Origin: Patescibacteria group bacterium
GTDB taxonomy: Bacteria > Patescibacteriota > Minisyncoccia > Phycocordibacterales > UBA9973
Direction of reading: 5' to 3'
Assembly: GCA_038063535.1 (NCBI GenBank)
Contig: JBBTUV010000001.1
Location: 21,570-85,569 of the forward strand
Length of the DNA stretch: 64,000 nt
Shown: in pieces, positions 56,998-64,000 of the stretch
Numbering within the stretch: position 1 is the first letter of the stretch
Layout: the number at the start of each line of letters is the position of its first letter
Translations under genes and position numbers: made by a program
The notes under the pieces: generated by a model
Database searches by the model: none
Told to the model about the DNA's origin: nothing
The model's input: only the letters and a program-made list of their open reading frames with translations

Positions 56998-59105
56998 TTT
57001 TTACCAAAGAAATTGTTGTCGGCTTGCTTGATCGAAAGGCTCACCTTCCCGCGCTCGCGGTCGACGGCGATCACCCGAACCGGCACGATCATACCAACTT
57101 TCATTATATCGGAAACCTTCTCTACCCGGAACGGCGCCAGCTCGCTTATGTGCACCATGCCATCGGTCTGGGAATTGAGACGGACGAACGCTCCGAAGTC
57201 CGCAAGCTTCACCACTTCGCCGCGGAACTCCTCCCCGGGTGCAAACTCGTGCGTCATCTCTTCGATTATTTTCTTGGCTATCTCAGCCGAGCCGTTTTTA
57301 CCGGTAAGATAGACCGTGCCGTCGTCTTCGACGGTGATCTCGGCACCGGATTTCTCTTTTATCTCTTTGATCGTCTTGCCGCCACTACCGATGACCATGC
57401 CGATCTGGTCCGGCCTGATCCGGATCTGGAGGATCATCGGAGCGTTCGGGGAAATTTCTGGCCGAGGGGCCGCGAGTTCACCGGCGATTTTCTGGAGAAT
57501 CTCGAGGTGCGCTTTGCGAGACTGGATCATCGCTTCATGGAGAACTTTGATCGGGACGCCCTCCACTTTCACGTCAAGCTGGATGGCGGTAATGCCGTCC
57601 TGTGTGCCCGCAACCTTGAAGTCCATATCGCCGTGATGATCCTCGGGGCCTTGGATATCAGTCAAGATCTTGTACTTTTTTTCTGATTCGAACATTAAAC
57701 CCATGGCGACCCCGGCAACCGGAGATTTGAGCGGCACTCCGCCATCCATAAGAGCGATCGTTCCGGCGCAGATCGAAGCCTGCGAAGTCGAGCCGTTCGA
57801 AGCCATCGCCTCCGACACTACTCGGATGGTGTAAGGAAACTCCTCCTTGGTCGGCAGAACCATCGCAAGAGCTTTCTCGGCCAGCGCCCCGTGGCCGATC
57901 TCGCGGCGATTGGTCATCGTTGCCCGGCCGAGCTCGCCGGTCGAGAAGGGCGGAAAATTGTAGTGGTGCATGAACCTCTTTTCGAATTGGATCTCCATGC
58001 CCTCGATCGAGTGCCTTGCTTCCGGGCCGCCCAAGGTGAGCACCGAGAGCACGTGCGTGCCTCCGCGGTAAAAAATTCCGGAGCCATGCACGACGCTCGA
58101 GAGCCCGCCCGCTTTCACAAAGAGATCGCGAAGCTCGTCCATCGCCCGGCCGTCTGCGCGTTTGTCCTCTTCGATCGCCTTCGAGTGAAGTATTTCATTT
58201 TCAGTGTCATCGAAAAGCGCGTCTTCGAGAGTATAGTCGCCACGATCGGGAAATTTTTCCTTACAAAGGAGATTCCACTCGGTGTGAAGTGCGTCGATCT
58301 CCGCCTTGCCCGGACCCGCGAATATCGCTTTCTCCATCTTCGGCAATATCACACTCTCAAAAAGCTCAACTGATTCTTTCGAAATTTCTTTTTTCTCTAT
58401 TTCCCTTTTTTCTTTTCCTACCTCTTTCGAGATTTTCCGCTGCCAATCCTCGAGGCGGGCGATTTCCGCGCTTGCCTTCTCGAGCGCCTCGGTGAGTTCT
58501 GCTTCCGGAACCTGCCGGGCGGCGGCTTCAATCATGTTTATGTGGCCAGCCTTTCCACAGACGACCATGTCGAACTTATAAGGCGTTTCCTCCTCACGGA
58601 GTTTACTCGAAGCGTTAATAGTGAGATCGTTCCCTACATACTTGCCTATGCGCACCGCCCCGATCGGTCCCGCCCAGGGAATGTTCGAGGTCGCGAGCGC
58701 GAGTGACGCGGCGTTGATGGCAAGCACCGTCGGATCGTTGTCGTCCACCGAGATGACCGTCACGATCACTTGCACGGCATGGCGCATCGATTGATCGAAA
58801 AGCGGACGGATGGTCCGGTCGATCACCCGGGAGGAGAGGATCGCTTCGTTCGAGGGCTTGCCCTCGCGTCGGGTAAAACGAGAACCCAAAATCTTTCCGG
58901 CAGCATAAAATTTCTCGACGTAATCGACGGTTAAATTAAAAAAATCTTTCGCGCCTTCGGCGTCGCGGGACATGCAGGCGGTGGCCAGCACCAACGTCTG
59001 GCCGTAGCGGAGCATCACTGAGCCATGCGCTTGCTCGGCGAGATCGCTGAAAGTCGCGGTCAAAGTTCGACCACCAACTTCAAGACTATATTCTTTTTGT
59101 TTCAT
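56994..59105 (-). CDS. pnp: Polyribonucleotide nucleotidyltransferase
   Basis: LTVDY, DRTIRPLF, HHYNFPPFS, RREIGHG, SNGS, GDMDFKVAG, KH and S1 domains. Confidence 0.98.
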   Translation of the reverse strand: MKQKEYSLEVGGRTLTATFSDLAEQAHGSVMLRYGQTLVLATACMSRDAEGAKDFFNLTVDYVEKFYAAGKILGSRFTRREGKPSNEAILSSRVIDRTIRPLFDQSMRHAVQVIVTVISVDDNDPTVLAINAASLALATSNIPWAGPIGAVRIGKYVGNDLTINASSKLREEETPYKFDMVVCGKAGHINMIEAAARQVPEAELTEALEKASAEIARLEDWQRKISKEVGKEKREIEKKEISKESVELFESVILPKMEKAIFAGPGKAEIDALHTEWNLLCKEKFPDRGDYTLEDALFDDTENEILHSKAIEEDKRADGRAMDELRDLFVKAGGLSSVVHGSGIFYRGGTHVLSVLTLGGPEARHSIEGMEIQFEKRFMHHYNFPPFSTGELGRATMTNRREIGHGALAEKALAMVLPTKEEFPYTIRVVSEAMASNGSTSQASICAGTIALMDGGVPLKSPVAGVAMGLMFESEKKYKILTDIQGPEDHHGDMDFKVAGTQDGITAIQLDVKVEGVPIKVLHEAMIQSRKAHLEILQKIAGELAAPRPEISPNAPMILQIRIRPDQIGMVIGSGGKTIKEIKEKSGAEITVEDDGTVYLTGKNGSAEIAKKIIEEMTHEFAPGEEFRGEVVKLADFGAFVRLNSQTDGMVHISELAPFRVEKVSDIMKVGMIVPVRVIAVDRERGKVSLSIKQADNNFFGKK

Positions 59106-59114
59106 TTATTAAAT

Positions 59115-59186
59115 GAGCTCCTCTTTAGAATAAAGGCTGTTTCACCAAAAAATTGGAAAAACAATTCTCTATCTAAAGACGAACTC
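59115..59186 (-). promoter_or_regulatory. Long hairpin in the pnp 5' leader
   Basis: GAGTTC-G-TCTTTAGA-TAGAG pairs with CTTTA-T-TCTAAAGA-G-GAGCTC. Confidence 0.6.
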
Positions 59187-59234
59187 CAGATTAACTTTTA
59201 ATTAATTGGAATACTAGCACGCCGGGGAAGGAAA

Positions 59235-59759
59235 TCAAGTTTTTCTGCCGTTGCCGGCGCCCATGAGATACTTCCTCGGATTCTCGGAGAGATCAACGAA
59301 GTCGTCGAGCGCTTCGCGCAGTTTCGAAGAAGTGGACTTGCCGAAGCAAGCGCCCTCCACCTGCACGCCGAGAGTCTGCAGATATTTCACGAGCGGAATG
59401 AAGTCGCCGTCGCCGGAGGCGATGACTACGCAGTCAAGCCGCGGTGCCATCTTGATCGCATCCACCGCGAGGCCCACGTCCCAGTCCGCCTTCTTCGCGC
59501 CACCCGCGAAGACTTGCAGGTCCTTGGTCTTTGTCTCGATACCGATCTTGGTTAGTGCCTCGAAAAAATTTTTCTCCTCGCCGCTCTCGGTAGTAATAAC
59601 GTAGGCTACTGCCCGGACGAGCCTTCGGCCGGCCACCGCGTCTTTCATCACCGCGCCGAAATTGACTCGTGCATTGTAGAGATTGCGCGCGCTGTGGTAG
59701 AGATTCTGTGTATCTATAAAGACACCCACTCTTTGTTCTTTATGTTTTATTACGGTCAT
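59235..59759 (-). CDS. NYN domain protein (LabA/DUF88)
   Basis: FIDTQN, KADWDVGLAVD, SGDGDF. Confidence 0.92.
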   Translation of the reverse strand: MTVIKHKEQRVGVFIDTQNLYHSARNLYNARVNFGAVMKDAVAGRRLVRAVAYVITTESGEEKNFFEALTKIGIETKTKDLQVFAGGAKKADWDVGLAVDAIKMAPRLDCVVIASGDGDFIPLVKYLQTLGVQVEGACFGKSTSSKLREALDDFVDLSENPRKYLMGAGNGRKT

Positions 59760-59790
59760 TAAAAATTAGAAACCAAAACTTATGAAAAAC

Positions 59791-60054
59791 TTACTCGAGA
59801 TTCATCTTTTTGACAAGCTTGTCATAGCGGGGCTTGTCTTTTCGCTCGAGATACTTAAGGTGCGCCCGGCGGTCAGCAACCATCTTGATAAGCCCTCGAC
59901 GTGAGTGATTATCCTTCTTGTGCTTCTTTAAGTGCTTGGCAAGCTCATCGATCTGCCCCGAAATCACTGCCACCTGAACCTCCGGACTACCGGTATCTTT
60001 GTCGTGGACCTGATTTTTCTTGATAACTGACTGCTTCTTTTTAGTCGATAGCAT
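59791..60054 (-). CDS. rpsO: 30S ribosomal protein S15
   Basis: DTGSPEVQ, HKKDNHSRRGL. Confidence 0.98.
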   Translation of the reverse strand: MLSTKKKQSVIKKNQVHDKDTGSPEVQVAVISGQIDELAKHLKKHKKDNHSRRGLIKMVADRRAHLKYLERKDKPRYDKLVKKMNLE

Positions 60055-60108
60055 TTGCTTACTCTAGCATAAAAATTAGATTTTTGCAACTTTACCATAA
60101 AAAACTAC

Positions 60109-60144
60109 GGGCTGGGGCGCGCTTGTTGCTGCGCACACCAGCCC
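60109..60144 (-). terminator. GC-rich hairpin terminator
   Basis: GGGCTGG...CCAGCCC, followed by T-run on the minus strand. Confidence 0.55.
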
Positions 60145-60158
60145 TTCGCTCTGGCCCC

Positions 60159-60620
60159 TCACTCTTGAGAGAGGGGCTCCTTGGTCCATCGGCTGGACCT
60201 GGCCTTGTTGACCTGGACCACCATCACCCCTACCCAACTGGTCATGAGGGCGACGATAGCGAGTGCCCACAGCGTCTTGCTCCCAGCCGCTTCAGCGGCG
60301 CAGAGCTTTGCAGGCACGTTGTAGGTGCCCGATGGGATCGGCACTATCCAGCCAATCCCCCGACGCCACTTCGCCTTGGCGATCGCCCGAGCAGCGACTG
60401 GGTCGCTTTCCCCCCAGCGCCGCCAACGGCCACGGCCCTGCTCGTCGAGCGCACCTGCGGACTTACAAAGCTCCGCAGTGGCCGTGAAGAGATCGCTCCC
60501 TTGCGCGAGGAAAAACTTCTGCGGAAGCGGCTTGGTAGGCTCGCGGCGCTCAATGGTGCACCCTGCGAGCACTCCGATGATTACCGCCATGAAGGCGGTC
60601 CCACACCAGCGGTGCAGCAT
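60159..60620 (-). CDS. Orphan lipoprotein-like protein with a C-terminal TM
   Basis: TTGCAA-17-TATAAT promoter (60678-60706); LAGC lipobox-like motif; C-terminal hydrophobic helix. Confidence 0.55.
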   Translation of the reverse strand: MLHRWCGTAFMAVIIGVLAGCTIERREPTKPLPQKFFLAQGSDLFTATAELCKSAGALDEQGRGRWRRWGESDPVAARAIAKAKWRRGIGWIVPIPSGTYNVPAKLCAAEAAGSKTLWALAIVALMTSWVGVMVVQVNKARSSRWTKEPLSQE

Positions 60621-60746
60621 CGTCTTTTCCCTTTCGGAAACGGCCAGTAAAACTAGCCTGGTTGAACTCCGTAAAAGATTATAGCACAACTAGTTGGATT
60701 TTGCAAATCATACCCGCGTCGCACAATATTTTGATATAATTTCCTT

Positions 60747-61700
60747 GTGGCACAAGAAATCGACAAACTCCACCGGGAATTCATGGAATATCTCGAGATC
60801 GAGCGCGGGGCGGCGCAGAGGACGATCGAAAATTATGGGCCGTACCTCTCGCGCTTTTTCGAACAAGCGAAGATAAAAAAAGTTCCGGACATCAACCCGG
60901 ACTCGGTGCGCGAATTCCGTCTCTGGCTCAACCGCCAGCCAGTCGGGCGCGGGAAAGATAGAACACAAACGACCTCGAAGAAGACGCAGAATTATTACAT
61001 GATCGCGCTGCGGATGTTCCTCAAATATCTCGCGAAGCGCGAAATCCCTGCGATGCCGAGCGATCAGATCGAGCTTGCGAAAGTCTCGGACCGCTCGCTT
61101 GATCTTATCACCCCTACCGAGCTCGAGCGGCTCTTGGAAGCGCCGGAAGGAAACGATGTGAAGAGCCTGCGAGACCGAGCTCTCCTTGAGCTTCTTTTTT
61201 CAACTGGTCTGCGAGTTGGCGAGCTCTGTTCGCTCTCGCGGAACATCAATGCAAACTCTGAAGAGCTCTCCGTGCGCGGCAAGGGTGGGAAAGTGCGGGT
61301 GGTTTTCATCTCGCCCCGGGCTCGCGCGGCTCTCAAAAAATATCTGGATACGCGCAAGGATATGGAAGAGGGGCTTTTTGTGCGAGTCGATGAAATTGAA
61401 AGTAGTGTGAAAGAGAAAACAAAAAATAAAAAATATACGGGCAAGGAGTATGGCAGTTTGGACCGCCGCAGCGTGGAGCGGATCGTAAAACATTACGCGA
61501 CCAAAGCAGGCATCGCGAAGCGCGTGACCCCGCACGTCATCCGCCATTCCTTCGCCACCGACCTGCTTCAAAACGGCGCAGACATCCGCTCGGTGCAAGT
61601 CATGCTCGGCCACGCCAACATTTCAACCACGCAAATCTACACCCACGTCACGGATAAAGCACTAAGAGAGGTGCATAAGAAATTTCACTCAAGAAAATGA
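60747..61700 (+). CDS. XerC/XerD-family tyrosine recombinase
   Basis: RDRALLELLFSTGLRVGEL, GKGGK, HVIRHSFAT, LGHANISTTQIY. Confidence 0.95.
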   Translation: MAQEIDKLHREFMEYLEIERGAAQRTIENYGPYLSRFFEQAKIKKVPDINPDSVREFRLWLNRQPVGRGKDRTQTTSKKTQNYYMIALRMFLKYLAKREIPAMPSDQIELAKVSDRSLDLITPTELERLLEAPEGNDVKSLRDRALLELLFSTGLRVGELCSLSRNINANSEELSVRGKGGKVRVVFISPRARAALKKYLDTRKDMEEGLFVRVDEIESSVKEKTKNKKYTGKEYGSLDRRSVERIVKHYATKAGIAKRVTPHVIRHSFATDLLQNGADIRSVQVMLGHANISTTQIYTHVTDKALREVHKKFHSRK

Positions 61701-62491
61701 AAATTTTTTCTTGGAACATCAACGGCATAAGGGCAGTACATAAGAAGGGACTTCTCATGCCTTTCGTTGAAAAATATAAGCCGGACATCATTTGCTTTCA
61801 GGAAACGAAAGCCGAGCAGAACCAGAGCGAGGTGGACCTGCCTGAATATGAAGAATACTGGAATTCTGCTGAGAAAAAAGGCTACAGCGGCACCGCGATT
61901 TTCACTAAGATAAAACCGCTTTCGGTAATTAATGACCTTCCGGAGGAAATCTCAAAAAAATATAATTTGTTGGATAAGTACGGCAACCCGAACACCGAAG
62001 GGCGGGTAATCGCCGCTGAATTTAAAGATTTTTACTTGGTGAATATCTACACGCCGAACGCGAAAGACGATCTCTCGCGGATTCCCCTACGGCACAAAAT
62101 TTGGGACCCGATATTTCTCGAATATTTGAAAAGCTTAGAAAAAAAGAAACCTGTAATTTTCTGCGGCGACCTAAATGTCGCGCACACTCCCCTTGACCTC
62201 GCCCGGCCCAAAGAAAACGAAGGCCGGAAGGGCTTCACGCTCGAGGAGCGCGAAGGAATTGATAACATTATCGAGGCCGGATACCTAGATACTTTCCGAA
62301 TATTCGAAAAAGGCGGCGGGCACTACAGTTGGTGGACACATTTCGCGAACGCCCGCGCGCGCAACATCGGCTGGCGCATAGATTATTTCTTTGCAAGCTC
62401 CAAACTTAAAAACAAAATAAAATCCGCCGGCATTCTTTCCGCCGTCATGGGCTCTGACCATGCACCTGTATGGCTTGAGCTTTCTTTTTGA
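61697..62491 (+). CDS. xth: Exodeoxyribonuclease III
   Basis: SWNING, QETK, GDLNVAH, GWRIDYF, SDHAP. Confidence 0.97.
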   Translation: MKIFSWNINGIRAVHKKGLLMPFVEKYKPDIICFQETKAEQNQSEVDLPEYEEYWNSAEKKGYSGTAIFTKIKPLSVINDLPEEISKKYNLLDKYGNPNTEGRVIAAEFKDFYLVNIYTPNAKDDLSRIPLRHKIWDPIFLEYLKSLEKKKPVIFCGDLNVAHTPLDLARPKENEGRKGFTLEEREGIDNIIEAGYLDTFRIFEKGGGHYSWWTHFANARARNIGWRIDYFFASSKLKNKIKSAGILSAVMGSDHAPVWLELSF

Positions 62492-62503
62492 TATAATTTA
62501 GAC

Positions 62504-63130
62504 ATGTCCCACACCCGACTTGATCAACTCTCCGACGGCATCTTCGCCATTGTGATGACGATCCTGGTTTTTGAAATTAAAATACCCGACTTTTCCCCGA
62601 CAAGCAATCTGGATCTTTGGATTGCGATCAAAGACCTGACTCCGGCTTTTGTGAGTTACATTCTTTCTTTCGCCCTCCTTTTCACCTACTGGCGAGCGCA
62701 CCACTTTTTCATTTCAATTTACGCCAAGAACGTGGACGTGCACCTGACCAACATAAATGCGCTCTTCTTCCTCTTCATCGCGCTTATCCCTTCGACCTCA
62801 TCCCTCCTTTCACGTTTTTCCGAGAACGAGCTCGCCGTCTCGATCTTCGGTATACATATCATACTAATCGGCCTTACTCTCTTCTGGATGCGCCGCTACG
62901 TCCTATATTCCGAGCACATCAAGAACCCTTCAATCGCGCCACGGGAAATTCACGGCTCGACCGTCCGCACGATGATCCCAATTGTCTTCGCGCTTATCGC
63001 CATCCCTCTTTCTTTCCTCTCGACCGGGCTATCGCTCCTTCTCTTCACCCTCGCGGTCCTTTTTAACCTCACCCCCGCCAGCACCCGCTTTTTCGAAAAA
63101 TTTTTCCCGCCTTCCGGCGCTAACTCTTAG
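62504..63130 (+). CDS. TMEM175-family (DUF1211) K+ channel
   Basis: RLDQLSDGIFAIVMTILV, SYILSF, WRAHH. Confidence 0.88.
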   Translation: MSHTRLDQLSDGIFAIVMTILVFEIKIPDFSPTSNLDLWIAIKDLTPAFVSYILSFALLFTYWRAHHFFISIYAKNVDVHLTNINALFFLFIALIPSTSSLLSRFSENELAVSIFGIHIILIGLTLFWMRRYVLYSEHIKNPSIAPREIHGSTVRTMIPIVFALIAIPLSFLSTGLSLLLFTLAVLFNLTPASTRFFEKFFPPSGANS

Positions 63131-63914
63131 TCTCCTCATCCAATCTCTTGGCTTCTTTCCAGGAAAGCTCATATATGGTTTTCATCGCCTCAGCAATCTC
63201 GGCACTCTCAATGATGATGCCCAATTTTTCCCGCCAAGAGGCGATCATCACCTTATTATCATAGATGTTTATCTCTGGAGTGAAATGAAAAATATTTTCC
63301 GGGACGAGTGCGCTCTCTCTTAATTCTTCCTTGTCTTTACTTTTTCGCTCTCTGCCTTCGGCACTATTGGGAATCACCGCGCGGATTTTGATATTTTTCT
63401 CTGCCCGTCGCTTAAAATACTCTGGAAAGTAGCCGGGTAATCCCCGATACATGTTTTCGATATCTGCATACGCACGAATTGGCTCGCGTGATGTCAACGT
63501 ATCTTCGTAAACTCTCCTTATTCCCTCTTCGCCTTCATAAAACATCACCTTGGGGCGGTTGCTGACGTTGTGAACCGACTTAAGTTGTGGAATTAATGAG
63601 TCATTCGCATCGTCGAGGTCGGTTTTTCGCTTCGCGAGCTCTGCTTCAAGATAAATTTTTAAGTTATCGGGCGATTCCGCGACATATTCTTGCTTGGGCT
63701 CCTTGCCGGTAAGTGTAACGAGCCCCTTATCAAAGAGCGAGCTTAAAATATCATATACAGTAGTGCGAACAATGTGGGCTCGACGAGCAATTTTCGAAGC
63801 CGTCCCCTGCCCCAACGCAAGAATGGAGAGGTAGACATCGGCTTCTTTCTCCTTTAGGCCAACATCGATCAGTAAATTTTTTAGTTCATTATTCTCTCTA
63901 TTCTCTTTTGCCAT
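63120..63914 (-). CDS. TrmB-family transcriptional regulator
   Basis: GLKEKEADVY, RTTVYDIL, PKVMFYEG, EINIYDNKV. Confidence 0.88.
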   Translation of the reverse strand: MAKENRENNELKNLLIDVGLKEKEADVYLSILALGQGTASKIARRAHIVRTTVYDILSSLFDKGLVTLTGKEPKQEYVAESPDNLKIYLEAELAKRKTDLDDANDSLIPQLKSVHNVSNRPKVMFYEGEEGIRRVYEDTLTSREPIRAYADIENMYRGLPGYFPEYFKRRAEKNIKIRAVIPNSAEGRERKSKDKEELRESALVPENIFHFTPEINIYDNKVMIASWREKLGIIIESAEIAEAMKTIYELSWKEAKRLDEETKS

Positions 63915-64000
63915 ACATAAAGTATAGCAACTAAATTAATTGTGTCAACTTTTTTCGACAAAAATATGTAAGATTGGCAATATATATTGCAAATAAAGGA

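Noticed and set aside
60747-61700. Tyrosine recombinase as a prophage or island integrase
   Set aside because: Xer-like size and motifs, overlaps xth, and no att repeats, tRNA or phage genes nearby.

Overview
Chromosomal window from a small-genome bacterium. Gene content and protein variants point to Patescibacteria/CPR, probably Parcubacteria (inference). Most of it is housekeeping: ftsK (partial), recA, efp, rpsF-ssb-rpsR, tatD-metG, glyQS, recO, ileS, argS-dut-tmk-glyA, rnhA-recJ, pgk-tpiA, nusA, hppA, tig-clpP, rny, hup, lexA, comM, dksA-like, pnp, rpsO, xerC/D, xth. It also carries a split ComEC, a type IV pilus locus and two large secreted surface proteins. I found no rRNA, tRNA, CRISPR array, transposase or prophage. 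The most unusual signals are small palindromic elements. (1) A 91-aa GIY-YIG nuclease gene fills a unit bounded by terminal inverted repeats in the nusA leader, and an 81-bp gene-less hairpin with related ends sits at the tig start codon; together they look like an autonomous/non-autonomous pair. (2) A PaaX/Cas2-like gene is bracketed by two direct-repeat copies of a ~30-bp palindrome centred on GCGGCCGC. (3) A 21-bp hairpin is inserted in frame into the DksA zinc finger. Other observations: a compact 6S-like RNA before rny, an IleRS carrying histidine-phosphatase and HD domains, a GAAC-N4-GTTC box in the lexA operon promoter, many apparently leaderless core genes, and several self-contained orphan cassettes with leaders and terminators.
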